From positions 192,001-256,000 of the forward strand of contig JBHGAY010000002.1 in the NCBI GenBank assembly GCA_041946735.1: a stretch of DNA of 64,000 nucleotides. The letters run 5' to 3'. This DNA is from Candidatus Eiseniibacteriota bacterium (GTDB lineage Bacteria > Eisenbacteria > RBG-16-71-46 > CAIMUX01 > VGJL01). A program made the position numbers and the translations under genes. Positions 11,832 through 21,681 of the stretch are shown one piece after another. Under the pieces are notes generated by a model that was not told where the DNA came from, made no database searches, and saw only the letters and a program-made list of their open reading frames with translations. Positions within the stretch are counted from its first letter, which is position 1, and every line of letters begins with the position of its first letter.

Positions 11832-12941
11832 ATGAAAGCGATCGCGGTGAGGCCGGGAGTGAAGAGGTCGGCGAGGCTCGTCGACCGTCCGGTGCCTCGA
11901 ATTCTTGCGGCGGACGAGGTCAAGGCGAAGGTTCTCCACGTGGGCGTGTGCGGAACCGATCGCGATGAGATCGAAGGCGGCCGCGCCAAGCCACCCGAAG
12001 GGTCGGAGGATCTCGTCATCGGTCACGAGATGCTCGGACAGGTCGTCGAGATCGGCGGAGCGGTGCAGGGCGTCCGTCCCGGAGATCGCGTCGTCTTCAC
12101 GGTTCGTCGCGGTTGCGGCCGCTGCCGCCCTTGCCGCCTCGGCCGGTCGGATCTCTGCCGAACCGGGCTCTACCGCGAGCGGGGCATCTGGGGACTGGAC
12201 GGCTATCAGACGGAGTTCGCGGTCGAGCGCGAGCAGAACGTGGTGCACGTTCCGGACGCCGCGGGCCGCGCCGCCGTTCTCACCGAGCCGCTCTCGATCG
12301 TCGAGAAGGTGATCGAGGAAATGATCCGGGTGCAGGCGAACCGCCTGCCGGACTGGTCGAGGGGGGAAGCGCCGCTTCGGGGTCGCCACTGCCTGGTCGC
12401 CGGTCTCGGTCCGGTCGGCCTTCTCGCGGCGCTCGTGCTCCACCTTCGCGGCGCGGAGGTGTTCGGTCTCGACATCCTCGATGCGGACGCGGCGCGTCCC
12501 CGCTGGCTCGCTTCGATCGGCGGCACCTACATCGACGGCCGGGAAGTCCCGCCCGATCGCCTCGACGAGAAGATCGGAGCGATGAACATGATCGTCGAGG
12601 CGACCGGGGTCCCGGGGCTCGCGTTGAACCTCCTCGACGCGCTCGACCGTGACGGGATCTACGGGCTCACCGGAATCCCAGACGGCGCGGGCCTGATCCG
12701 CGTGCCCGGAGCCGAGCTGATGCGTCAGCTCGTCCTTCAGAACCAGGTGATGATGGGGAGCGTGAACGCCTCGAAGTCGCACTTCGCTGCGGCGGTCGCG
12801 GATCTCGCGCTCGCGGAGCGGGTCCTGCCGGGCAAGTGCGACGAGATGATCACCGGAAGCGTGCCGTTCGACCGCTTCGAGGACGCATTCGACAACCCGT
12901 CGGCCGATTCGATCAAGACCCTCATCGACTGGAATCCCTAG
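11832..12941 (+). CDS. Zn-dependent glucose 1-dehydrogenase (MDR family)
   Basis: VGVCGTD, GHE, structural Zn CxxCxxC...[22 protein letters not shown]. Confidence 0.85.
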   Translation: MKAIAVRPGVKRSARLVDRPVPRILAADEVKAKVLHVGVCGTDRDEIEGGRAKPPEGSEDLVIGHEMLGQVVEIGGAVQGVRPGDRVVFTVRRGCGRCRPCRLGRSDLCRTGLYRERGIWGLDGYQTEFAVEREQNVVHVPDAAGRAAVLTEPLSIVEKVIEEMIRVQANRLPDWSRGEAPLRGRHCLVAGLGPVGLLAALVLHLRGAEVFGLDILDADAARPRWLASIGGTYIDGREVPPDRLDEKIGAMNMIVEATGVPGLALNLLDALDRDGIYGLTGIPDGAGLIRVPGAELMRQLVLQNQVMMGSVNASKSHFAAAVADLALAERVLPGKCDEMITGSVPFDRFEDAFDNPSADSIKTLIDWNP

Positions 12942-13079
12942 CCGGCGCCACCGGTGAGAGCGAAGAGGCGCGCCCGTCGCAGCGGATGCGCGCCTCTTCG
13001 CGTGGTTCGGCTCGGCGGCGCCGCTTGCGCGTACGCCGGGGATCGACGAGCGGGGATCGACGAGCGGGCGCGCCCGGTC

Positions 13080-13571
13080 TCAGCCGAGCGGGGGCGCGGT
13101 CGCCGTCTGGGACGGCACCTCGAAGCGCGGCTCCGCCTTCTCCAGCTCCTGGTACTGCCGCTGCATCTCCGTTCCGAGCTGCTCGAGCTTCTTCTCGTCG
13201 ACGATCTTCTCGACCTTCGGGAAGAGGGTCTTCTCCTCCTCCTTCACGTGATGGTCGACGAGGTCCTTCAGGACCTTCATCTTCGCGTCGTAGGTTTCGT
13301 CGGTCGGGTCGAGGTCGAGCAGGTCGGCGATCACTCGCTTGACGGCGAGGTGCTCCTCGAGCGATTCGAGCAGAATCTCCTGGGTATTCTCCGCCTTGAT
13401 GCCCGGATAGAACGTGTTCTCCTCGATCGACGCGTGGCCCGCGAGCCGGTCGGCGATCTTCTCGAAGAGTTCCTGCTTGGTTTTGTGCGCCTTCTCCCCT
13501 GCCGCTTCGTACCTGGTGAAGAGCTCCTCGACTTCACGATGCTGCTTCTTCAGCAACTCGATCGCGTTCAC
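13080..13571 (-). CDS. Hemerythrin/HHE cation-binding domain protein
   Basis: AIELLKKQH, HASIEE..FYP, EEH, HHVKEEE..LFP; strong AAGGAGG RBS before GTG. Confidence 0.9.
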   Translation of the reverse strand: MNAIELLKKQHREVEELFTRYEAAGEKAHKTKQELFEKIADRLAGHASIEENTFYPGIKAENTQEILLESLEEHLAVKRVIADLLDLDPTDETYDAKMKVLKDLVDHHVKEEEKTLFPKVEKIVDEKKLEQLGTEMQRQYQELEKAEPRFEVPSQTATAPPLG

Positions 13572-14014
13572 GTCTCCTCCTTTCGCTCGTCTGCGCGAGC
13601 TCGCCCTCGTTCGCTCTCGCCGGCGCCTCCGCTTCGCGCGAAAGGCAGGCCGCTTCTCCGTCGCCTCCGTCCTCCGCCATCGCAGTCTTTCGCGATCCCA
13701 AACTCTCTATCTTTACCTCTAACAGAGCCCCCCACGTCTCCCAACCCAAAGCGGATTCATGAGAGCGATGTAAGGCACTCGCCGCCCCGCGCGCGATCCG
13801 GAGACGGCCGGCCGCGAGGGTTGGGCTTTCGCCGCGAGCGACCTCCCTCGCGCAACCTCCCCCGTGCCCCGCGCGGCCTCCCGCCCGCGCCCTTGAGGGC
13901 CGGCCGTCGGGGTGGTAGCGTCCTCAACGGTTTGGCGACATCGGTTCCCGGGAACGCGTTTCGGCGGTTCTCGCTTCGTTTGGCGCCCGCCTTCCGGCAT
14001 CCCGACGCGGCCCG

Positions 14015-15793
14015 ATGCGATCCCGAACCTGGGTTCGATCGATCTCGAGGCCGGCATTCCAGGAGAAGAAGAAGCTGCCCACTCTGACCCATCGCGCGAA
14101 GGCCGATCGCCTCGCCTATCTGCTCCAGGTCGCTCGCGATCTGGAGCGTTTCGCGCCCGACGAGGACGCCGACCGCATGCTCCGTCACGTCCACCGCGGA
14201 CTGGGCAAGCAGCTCGGCGCGGACCTGGGCTTCGCCTGGCGGCTCGATCGCGGCGTCACGATCCAGGCCACCTACCACCTCTGCTGGACGGCGAAGGGGG
14301 AGAAGCGGCTCGCTTCCGCGCCGCGGGAATCGCTGAGCGAGGAGGCGCTTCGCTTCGCGCGCGACCGGAAGTCGCCGCCCGATCCTGCTCTCCTTCTCAC
14401 CGTCGTGGAGTCTGCCGGGCGGCCGATCGGAGTGCTCGCGTTCCTCCGTCCTGGAAAGGCGTTCGGCCGCTCCGACGCGCTCTTCGCCGCTGACGCGGCC
14501 GAAATCCTGGGGCGCTCGCTCACGCATCGCGAGCAGGAGAGGCTCTTCGAGGTCCGCGAGCGGATTCTGCGCAAGGTCCTGCTGCAGCTGCGCCCGGCCG
14601 ACGTCCTCTATCAGGTGCTGCACGGACTGAAGCGCCTCCTGCGCTTCGACCATTCCGCGAGCGTGCAGACCTTCGATCCGGTCGAGTCGACGCTGACCGT
14701 CCGGGCGGAGACGATCGCGTGGACGAAGGCGAAGAGCCGGCGGATCGGCGAGATGGTCGAGATCGATGCCGCCAGCCGGGCGTTCCTCGGGAGGATCGAG
14801 CGCTCGCTTCTTCTCGATCCGTCGAAGCCGCCCGGCGATCTCCCTGCTCCGCTGCTCGAATCGTTTTGCGGCTCCGGTCCCGGCGTGCCCCCCGCGAGGT
14901 CGATCATCCTGGCGACGCTGGGCGGCCCCGACGGGCTCGTCGGAGTCCTCGTGATCCGGGATCTCGCCTCCGGCGCCTTCGTGCCGGCCGATCAGGCGAC
15001 GATCGATTCGTTCCTCCACATCCTGTCGGCGACGGCGCGCCACTACGAGTTCTTCCGGCAGCAGCAGACGCGACTGCTCGAAGCGGAGCGGCGCACCGCG
15101 CTCGGCGATCTGGCTCGCGCGATTTCGCACGACCTCAACAACGCCTTCGGGGTGATCCAGCCTCTGCTCGAGACGCTGCGGCGTGAGGCGGAGGCAGGGA
15201 CGATCGATCCCGCAAGGCTGCAGATGGATCTCGAGGTGCTCGAGCAGTACGTCGCCACCTCGCTGCGGATCTTCCAGGGACTGCTCTCGTTCTCGCGCGG
15301 CTCCATCGAGCCGGCGCGCGAGCTGCAGTTGCAGGACTGTCTGGAGTCGGTGCTCGCCCTGCTCGCGCGTAGCTTCGAGGCGCAGGGGATCTCTACGGTC
15401 CGGCGGATCGACGGCGATTTCCCGCGATTCCATGCCCGGCGCCAGGACATGGAGCAGCTCTTCCTGAACCTCCTCACGAACGCGCGCGAAAGCATGCCGG
15501 ACGGCGGGACGCTGACGATCGAGGCGGCCGTGGAGCCGGGCCCCGATGGCGAATCGTTGCACATTCAGATCCACGACACCGGGGTCGGGATCCCCGAGGA
15601 TCTGCTGCCGCGCATCTTCGAGCCGTTCTTCACGACGAAGCGCGGCGGGACCGGCCTCGGCCTCGACGTCTGCCGGTCGATCGTGTGGGAATACGATGGC
15701 CAGCTCTGGCTCCAGTCGAAGCTCGGGCGCGGAACGACCGCGCACGTGCGCCTGCCGCGCCAGCCGCGCCGCCGCGAGGAGCCCGAAACGTGA
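14015..15793 (+). CDS. Cytoplasmic GAF-domain sensor histidine kinase
   Basis: H-box ISHDLNN, N-box NLLTNARE, DTGVGI, FEPFFTTK, GTGLGL; no TM segment; start uncertain. Confidence 0.88.
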   Translation: MRSRTWVRSISRPAFQEKKKLPTLTHRAKADRLAYLLQVARDLERFAPDEDADRMLRHVHRGLGKQLGADLGFAWRLDRGVTIQATYHLCWTAKGEKRLASAPRESLSEEALRFARDRKSPPDPALLLTVVESAGRPIGVLAFLRPGKAFGRSDALFAADAAEILGRSLTHREQERLFEVRERILRKVLLQLRPADVLYQVLHGLKRLLRFDHSASVQTFDPVESTLTVRAETIAWTKAKSRRIGEMVEIDAASRAFLGRIERSLLLDPSKPPGDLPAPLLESFCGSGPGVPPARSIILATLGGPDGLVGVLVIRDLASGAFVPADQATIDSFLHILSATARHYEFFRQQQTRLLEAERRTALGDLARAISHDLNNAFGVIQPLLETLRREAEAGTIDPARLQMDLEVLEQYVATSLRIFQGLLSFSRGSIEPARELQLQDCLESVLALLARSFEAQGISTVRRIDGDFPRFHARRQDMEQLFLNLLTNARESMPDGGTLTIEAAVEPGPDGESLHIQIHDTGVGIPEDLLPRIFEPFFTTKRGGTGLGLDVCRSIVWEYDGQLWLQSKLGRGTTAHVRLPRQPRRREEPET

Positions 15794-15821
15794 GGCCGCG
15801 GAAAGCGGAGGAGGCAAGCTC

Positions 15822-17075
15822 GTGAGCGTCCCCCCCGATTCCCAGGCGAGCGAGGGGCGGGAGAACGACGCGCCCGACGCCGCGCCCGACAGCACGCCCG
15901 ACGCCGCGCGCGACCTCACGCCCGACGCCGCGCCTCCGTTCCGCCGGTCGGTCCTGGTCGTGGACGACGAGCCCGGCCTCCGGTACACCGCCCGGAGAAT
16001 TCTCGAGCCCGGCTACGAAGTGATCGACGCGAAGAGCGGGGAGGAGGCGCTCGACCGGCTCGGCGAGCGGAGCTTCCATATCGCGCTCGTCGACGTTCGC
16101 CTGCCCGGGCTGAGCGGCCTCGAGTTGCTGGCGGCGATCAAGGTCCTCTCCCCTTCGACCGACGTCGTCATCATGACCGGATCGGCGAAGGATCCGGACG
16201 AGGCGCTCCTCGGATCGATCCGCCGCAAGGCGTTCTTCTTCCTGCAGAAGCCGTTCAGCGCCGCCGTGCTTCGCACGCTCGTCGACCGGATCGCCGAGAC
16301 GCAGGTTCTCGAGGAGCGCGTGAAGCAGCACGCGGCCCGGCTCGAGGAGGATCTCGAAAGCGCGAGGATCTTTCAGCGCGCGCTCATCCCGTCGCTCCCC
16401 TGGAAGGGGGATCGCATCGTCATCGATGGCATCTACGTCGGATGCGAGCAGCTCAGCGGCGATCTCATCGATTGCTTCAGCCTTCCCTCGGGCGGAGGCT
16501 CGCTTCTGCTCGCCGCCGACATCATGGGGCACGGAGCGTCGGCAGCGATGATGACCGGGATGGTGAAAGGCCAGTTCCGCGCCGCGGCCGCGCAGCATGC
16601 CGACCCCGAGGCGCTGCTCCGCGCCGCCGACGAGGTCCTGCACGGATTCCAGCTCCAGCGATTCCTGACGGCGCTCGTCGTCCTCGACGATCCGGAGGGC
16701 GGCACCGTTCGCTACGCGGGCGCCGGACATCCTCCAGGCTTCCTCCGTCTTCCCGGCGGGAAGGTGGAACGTCTCGAGAGCGACGGCCCGCCACTGAACC
16801 TCCACCTGCCCGATCCGATCGAACGCTGCGGCCGGATCCTCCCCCGCGAACCGGGCAGCCGGCTGCTGCTGTGGACCGATGGTCTGGGCGATGCGCTTTC
16901 ACCGTCCGGAGAGCGGTTCCAGGAGACGCCGGAGTTCGCGAGCGCGATCGAGGCGGCGCTCGCGTGCGACAATCCCTCGGCCGCGCGGGCGGAGATCGAG
17001 GCGGCGCTCTTCGCGCACACCGCCCATCGGGCACAAGAGGACGATTGGGCGTTCCTCATTGCGGCGCTCGAGTAG
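15822..17075 (+). CDS. Response regulator receiver fused to a PP2C/SpoIIE (RsbU-like) phosphatase
   Basis: GGAGGAGG RBS before GTG; VLVVDDE, LVDVRLPG, KPF; phosphatase motifs SGD, ADIMGHG, AGAGHPP, WTDGL, EDD. Confidence 0.9.
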   Translation: MSVPPDSQASEGRENDAPDAAPDSTPDAARDLTPDAAPPFRRSVLVVDDEPGLRYTARRILEPGYEVIDAKSGEEALDRLGERSFHIALVDVRLPGLSGLELLAAIKVLSPSTDVVIMTGSAKDPDEALLGSIRRKAFFFLQKPFSAAVLRTLVDRIAETQVLEERVKQHAARLEEDLESARIFQRALIPSLPWKGDRIVIDGIYVGCEQLSGDLIDCFSLPSGGGSLLLAADIMGHGASAAMMTGMVKGQFRAAAAQHADPEALLRAADEVLHGFQLQRFLTALVVLDDPEGGTVRYAGAGHPPGFLRLPGGKVERLESDGPPLNLHLPDPIERCGRILPREPGSRLLLWTDGLGDALSPSGERFQETPEFASAIEAALACDNPSAARAEIEAALFAHTAHRAQEDDWAFLIAALE

Positions 17076-17273
17076 GGGACGCACCAGTTGGCGTGCCGCA
17101 CCCATGGCTTCACAGCAGGTCGGAATAATCGCGAATGACGAGTCGGCAAGGTGCAAAACGACCGACTTGATCCCGGCGGTGCCGTGCGGAACCACGAAGC
17201 GTTGTGGAACAGCAGCGCTTCCCGGTCCCGCAGGAAGTCGCGGTGATCGCGCAAAAGGCCAGGATCCCCGGCG

Positions 17274-18635
17274 CTACTGGCGCCGCAGTCCGTCCAGGAA
17301 TCCCGCGTCCACCCAGTACATGTCGCCGGCCAGACAGAAGAAGAGGTATCGACCGTCGGGAGAGAGTGCCGCCTGCCCGACGGGCGGAATGCCGAGCTTG
17401 TCGTCGAGCCGGACGATCGAGCCCCAGGATCCATCCGGCTTGCGGAAGCAGACATAGAGCCCCGCGCCCGGATTCCGGTAGGTGTCGAAGAGCAGGAGGC
17501 TCTCGTCCGGCGTGATGAAGGGGTGCGCGTCCGGAGCCTCCGAGTTCACGTCGCCGGGAATCACTTCGGGCTCGCCATAGGACGCCTCGGAGATCGTTGT
17601 GTCCCTCCCTTCGGAGCCCGGCGCTCCCTGCCCGGCCGGAGTCCTGCGGACGATGACGCCGTAGTCAGGACGGCCCGTGATCTCGGTGTAGTAGAGAACT
17701 CCGTCCCGCGTCGCCGTCGCATACATTCCGGTGAACAGCCTCTCCGCGGCTCCCCATCGGTCGCCGGCGCGCGGCGCGGCATAGATCGTGCGCTCTTCCC
17801 GCATTCCCTTCCGCCCGCAGAAGAAGATCGTCCGCCCGTTCGGGGCGACGCTGGCTTCCTCTGTCAGATAGGGATCCTCGAGCAGACGCACCGGCTCGGG
17901 AGCAGTCCACCCATCCTCGTTCCACCGGCACACCAGCGTTCCGACCAGCGACCGCGAGAAGTAGATCTCGCGGCCGTCCGGCGCGAAGGTGATCGAGTAC
18001 TCGTGGTCGGTGGTCGAGACGATCCCGGGCGCGAACACCTCCGGTCGCGTGGCTGGAGGCCTCTGGCCCAGATACGGCCCTTGGAGGCCGGTGCTCGCGC
18101 CCGGGGAGTGTTTCCCCTCCATCGCGAGCTGGATGCGCACGGTTGCGAGGAGCGCATCGAGATGATCTCGCATCCACGCGAGATCGCTGCGCTCCGGGTT
18201 CATCTGCGCGGCTCGCGCAAACGCAGCCCTAGCCTGCTCCTCTCTTGCGACCGCCAGATAGGCGGTCGCCAGCTCTGCGGCGAGCGGAGGCGAGTCGGCG
18301 TAGACGTTCGCGAGCAGCTCGATCAGAGCGAGCGAATCCCCCTTCCGGCCCTGCTGCTTCAGGCGCGCCGGAATCTCGCGCGCGAGCTGGTACATGTCGA
18401 TCTCGTAGGCGCCGGTCGTGTCCGCGAGGATTCCACGCAATCGCTCGATCGCCGCATCGATGCCTTCGTCGAGGAGAGCCTTCTCGAAGATCATCGCCGC
18501 CGAGGCGGGCGGCGTGCCGGCGGGTGCCGGATCGGTTCGCTCCGGCTGGGCGATGCCCGTGCTGCTGAAGATCGCGCAGGCCGCTCCCATCAGGAAGACT
18601 GCGGGGAGCCTGGAGAACACGGTTCCCGTTCTCAT
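17274..18635 (-). CDS. Secreted protein with a TPR-like helical region and a PD40/TolB-like beta-propeller
   Basis: Signal peptide; GPYLGQRPP..PEVFAPGIVS, FAPDGREIYFSR, HPFITPDESLLLF, LSPDGRYLFF. Confidence 0.78.
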   Translation of the reverse strand: MRTGTVFSRLPAVFLMGAACAIFSSTGIAQPERTDPAPAGTPPASAAMIFEKALLDEGIDAAIERLRGILADTTGAYEIDMYQLAREIPARLKQQGRKGDSLALIELLANVYADSPPLAAELATAYLAVAREEQARAAFARAAQMNPERSDLAWMRDHLDALLATVRIQLAMEGKHSPGASTGLQGPYLGQRPPATRPEVFAPGIVSTTDHEYSITFAPDGREIYFSRSLVGTLVCRWNEDGWTAPEPVRLLEDPYLTEEASVAPNGRTIFFCGRKGMREERTIYAAPRAGDRWGAAERLFTGMYATATRDGVLYYTEITGRPDYGVIVRRTPAGQGAPGSEGRDTTISEASYGEPEVIPGDVNSEAPDAHPFITPDESLLLFDTYRNPGAGLYVCFRKPDGSWGSIVRLDDKLGIPPVGQAALSPDGRYLFFCLAGDMYWVDAGFLDGLRRQ

Positions 18636-18685
18636 CGTTTCCCCCTTCCCCGGCCGTCCGGAGCCGGCCGGCGGTGGCGATCGAG

Positions 18686-20221
18686 CTACTCGAAGTGCTT
18701 CGCAGCGCCCCAGGCCTCCCGCAGCGGAAGGAGCGGCGCGCGCGCGATCCAGATCGGCGCCCCGTCCTCCACGCAGAGTCCGCATTCGAAGGAGCCGGCG
18801 GGCTGGACCTCCGCGAAGAACACCTGCAGGTCCTCCCGTGAGTCTCCGATCGCGACCCACGTGGAGACGCTGTCGTCCCGACCCGGTCCCCAGAGCCAGT
18901 AGCTGTTGTGCCCGCTGATCGCCGGCGGCATGCCGCGCCTGGCCCCCAGAATGTTCACCGCGCTCGCCTCCCCGTAGTTGGAGGCCGCGATGGCCGCGTG
19001 CCCGCGTTGCGAGGCCGGTAGCGCCGCGACGACGCGGTCGAGATCCTCGACCAACTTCTGCCATCCGAGCCGGTCGGCGAGGAGCTGCGGAAGCTCGAGC
19101 ACCTTGCCTCGCTCCATCTCCATCTGCAGGTGCAGGGTTTTCGTCCAGGCGGCCGTCGTCATGGGCGGCAGGACCGGCAGGCAGATCGGCAGCAGGGCCA
19201 GGGCCGAGGCGGCAAGGATCGCGCCGTAACCCCAGCCGGCCGCGCGGCGAGCGACGCGCCCGAGGCGGACGCCGCTCAGCGCGGCCGCCCCGGCGGCGAA
19301 CATCATCGGATACGCGCCCGCGATCCGGTCGGGGCGGCTGGAGCCGCTCGCGACCAGCAGGACGAGGAGCAGCAAGAATGTCCATCCGAGGGACCGGAAG
19401 CGTCGCGCCGCGGGCGCGAAGAGGCACCAGGCGAGTCCCGCCGCCCAGAGCGGAAAAGTCAGTGGATGGAGCGTGACGATCTGCTCGATGACGACGGCGT
19501 GGGGCGGAGTCGGAACGTTCTTGTACAGGTCGGCGTTGCGGTAGAACTCGAGCGACGGGAAGCCGTGGGCCGCCTGCCACGCGAGATTCGGGATCGTCAG
19601 CGCCGCGGCGAGAGCGGCGCCGAGCCACACGCCCGGGCTGCGCAACACGTTTCGGGAGGGGGAGAGGAACAGCCCGATGACGAGCACGACGCCGAACATG
19701 CCCGTCGTGTGCTTGTTCAGGATCCCGAGCCCCAGCGTCGCGCCGATCAGGATCCACCGCCTCGGCGAAGGATCGCGCAGATTCCGCACGAGCAGGAACG
19801 CCAGCAGCGTCCAGGTCAGGACCTCGAGGGCGTTCATCGAATAGAACCCGCAGATCGCGCGCAGAATCGGCGCGCAGGCGGCGGCGAGAGCGGCAAGCGT
19901 CGTCGCGCCTCGTCGAGCCCCAAGGTCCGACGCCATTCGCCCGGTGAGCCACACGGTCGCGCCCGCCGCCAGAGCCGGCACCAGGCGTATCGCGAAGATC
20001 CCGTGGTCGAAGAGCGCCACGACCGACAGAATCCAGATGGACAAGGGGGGATGGTCCACGTACCCGAGAGCCGGATGCCGCGCGCAGACGAGGTAGTACA
20101 GCTCGTCGCGAAAGTACTCCCAACCGAAGAGACCGAGGTTGCTGGCGAGGTGGAGGACCACCGTCGCCGCGGCGAGGGTCAGAACGGAGCGAGGGGTTTC
20201 GGGCACTGCTTCCGCCGTCAT
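18686..20221 (-). CDS. GT-C glycosyltransferase, family 39/83 (PMT/ArnT-like)
   Basis: YFRDELYY, GYVDHPPL, multiple TM helices, NYGEA, SGHNSYWLWG. Confidence 0.85.
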   Translation of the reverse strand: MTAEAVPETPRSVLTLAAATVVLHLASNLGLFGWEYFRDELYYLVCARHPALGYVDHPPLSIWILSVVALFDHGIFAIRLVPALAAGATVWLTGRMASDLGARRGATTLAALAAACAPILRAICGFYSMNALEVLTWTLLAFLLVRNLRDPSPRRWILIGATLGLGILNKHTTGMFGVVLVIGLFLSPSRNVLRSPGVWLGAALAAALTIPNLAWQAAHGFPSLEFYRNADLYKNVPTPPHAVVIEQIVTLHPLTFPLWAAGLAWCLFAPAARRFRSLGWTFLLLLVLLVASGSSRPDRIAGAYPMMFAAGAAALSGVRLGRVARRAAGWGYGAILAASALALLPICLPVLPPMTTAAWTKTLHLQMEMERGKVLELPQLLADRLGWQKLVEDLDRVVAALPASQRGHAAIAASNYGEASAVNILGARRGMPPAISGHNSYWLWGPGRDDSVSTWVAIGDSREDLQVFFAEVQPAGSFECGLCVEDGAPIWIARAPLLPLREAWGAAKHFE

Positions 20222-20293
20222 GTCCAAGTCCCGGTGGAGAGTAGCAGATGCGGGACGAGGGCGTAGGAGCGACGACTCGATCTCGTGACGACT

Positions 20294-20388
20294 CGAGCTG
20301 CGAGGATGGACTCGACACGCAACGCGACCTGATGTCCGAGCCACACGGCGAGGAGGCCGGCTCCGTTGGTCAGGACGACGTACGCCGA
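20294..20388. repeat. Direct repeat copy 1: 95-bp duplicate of the crcB 3' end
   Basis: Matches 20790-20884 at 90 of 95 nt by manual alignment; encodes SAYVVLTNGAGLLAVWLGHQVALRV on the minus strand. Confidence 0.92.
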
Positions 20389-20414
20389 GTCAGAAGGAGA
20401 ACTTGCGCCGGGCG

Positions 20415-20645
20415 GACGCGGCATCGACGTGTCGGAGCGGCGTTCGACGGCGGTCGGAGACGACATCGAAGCGTCCCGGAGGCTCACTGGGGAAACCGAG
20501 AGGAGACACGACGTGTCTCCGGCGACACCGGCGGCGGGCGGGGCGAGCATCGACGGGCCGAAGCGACGGCCAGCGCCGGGCGGGGCGAGCATCGAAGCAT
20601 CGATTCCCGATCCGACGGAGTCCGAATCGCAAGTCAACGCGTCCC
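20415..20645. repeat. Degenerate 42-bp-period tandem array
   Basis: (g/a)catcga-like cores start at 20421, 20463, 20505, 20547, 20589 and 20631; 19-bp exact repeat cgggcggggcgagcatcga at 20535 and 20577. Confidence 0.55.
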
Positions 20646-20789
20646 TGCTGCTTTCGCCCGGTTTCCTGCGTCCTGGTGAACGGACCTGCCGAGCCACGGC
20701 GACCGTCCTGTCGACAGCGTAAGCGCCGCATGGCGCTATCGACCCTTGCGGATCGGCCGCGGTCGTGACAAGCCGCCCCGCAGCGCGGA

Positions 20790-20884
20790 CGAGCTGTGAG
20801 GATGGACTAGACGCGCAACGCGACCTGATGGCCGAGCCACACGGCGAGGAGGCCGGCTCCGTTGGTCAGGACCACGTACGCCGA
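20790..20884. repeat. Direct repeat copy 2 (native crcB 3' end and downstream bases)
   Basis: Partner of 20294-20388, offset 496 bp. Confidence 0.92.
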
Positions 20885-21193
20885 CGCGGCGATCCATTCC
20901 GCTCCGGACGCGAGTCGGAACGCCTCGAGCGCGAAGGTCGAGAAGGTCGTGAATCCACCGAGGAATCCGACCATGAGCGCCATGCGCAAGGCGGGAGAGA
21001 GCAGCGCTCCTCTGTCGAGCATCCCGGCCACGATTCCGATGGCGAGACAACCGAGCGCATTGATGAGGAAGGTCTCCCAGGGAAAGGTCCCGCTGGTCGA
21101 CCTCGCGAGCAGACCTCCGAGGACCCAACGAAGGAGAGTCCCGGCGGCGCCAGCGACGGAAACGAGCAGCCACACCGGGAGAACGGAGCTCAT
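20807..21193 (-). CDS. crcB: Fluoride efflux channel CrcB/Fluc
   Basis: FPWETFLIN, GFLGGFTTFSTF; ATGA overlap with the DUF190 gene. Confidence 0.95.
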   Translation of the reverse strand: MSSVLPVWLLVSVAGAAGTLLRWVLGGLLARSTSGTFPWETFLINALGCLAIGIVAGMLDRGALLSPALRMALMVGFLGGFTTFSTFALEAFRLASGAEWIAASAYVVLTNGAGLLAVWLGHQVALRV

Positions 21194-21552
21194 CGGCTCG
21201 GCTCCCGGTCCTCCGGACCGAGGCCGGCATAACGAAGAACGCGCGCACGCTCGATGGTGATCAAACCGCCGGTCACCACCTGTTCGAGCCAAGGGAGCAG
21301 AGCCTGAATCCTCTCCTCGGTGTCTGCGATCTCGACAACGATCGGAAGGTCCTCGGAGAGACGAAGCACTTTGGCGGTGTGCAGGCGAGAGCTGCGACCG
21401 AACCCCATGAGTCCTCGGAGAACGGTCGCGCCGGCGAGATGGAGTTCCCGTGCCTTGAGCACGATCGCTTCGTAGAGCGGCTTGCCTTCATGCCGGTCGC
21501 TCTCTCCGAGAAAGATCCGCAACAATGTCGCGTCATCCGGAATCGTCATCAT
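21190..21552 (-). CDS. DUF190 family (PII-like) protein
   Basis: LLRIFLGESD..EGKPLYEAIV, GATVLRGLMGFG, LSEDLPIVVEI; typical crcB neighbour. Confidence 0.9.
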   Translation of the reverse strand: MMTIPDDATLLRIFLGESDRHEGKPLYEAIVLKARELHLAGATVLRGLMGFGRSSRLHTAKVLRLSEDLPIVVEIADTEERIQALLPWLEQVVTGGLITIERARVLRYAGLGPEDREPSR

Positions 21553-21565
21553 GGCTCCCTCCCTC

Positions 21566-21603
21566 AAAAAGAACGACTCCCGCGCGGTGCGCAGGAGTCA
21601 TCG
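21566..21603 (-). terminator. Intrinsic terminator forming the riboswitch expression platform
   Basis: Minus strand GAUGACUCCUGCGC-ACC-GCGCGGGAGUCGUU followed by CUUUUU; the 5' arm overlaps the aptamer 3' end. Confidence 0.8.
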
Positions 21604-21642
21604 GCCCTTGCAGTCGGGCGGTTACGGCGAACTCCATCGCCC
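21591..21642 (-). promoter_or_regulatory. Fluoride (crcB) riboswitch aptamer
   Basis: Minus strand GGCGATGGAGTTCGCC-gtaaccgccc...gggcc-GATGACTCCTG matches the fluoride riboswitch consensus; directly upstream of DUF190-crcB. Confidence 0.93.
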
Positions 21643-21681
21643 TCTGTAGATTTCCGCTTCCGAGCGACGCGGTCGTCTAGA

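Noticed and set aside
8423..12019. 1198-aa ORF spanning aroC
   Set aside because: The upstream part is an alternative frame of aroC; the real gene starts at the TTG at 10396.
17274..20318. 1014-aa ORF
   Set aside because: The upstream half overlaps the glycosyltransferase out of frame; the real start is 18635.
20415..20645. CRISPR array
   Set aside because: Conserved cores are short and degenerate, the period is only 42 bp, and no cas genes are present.
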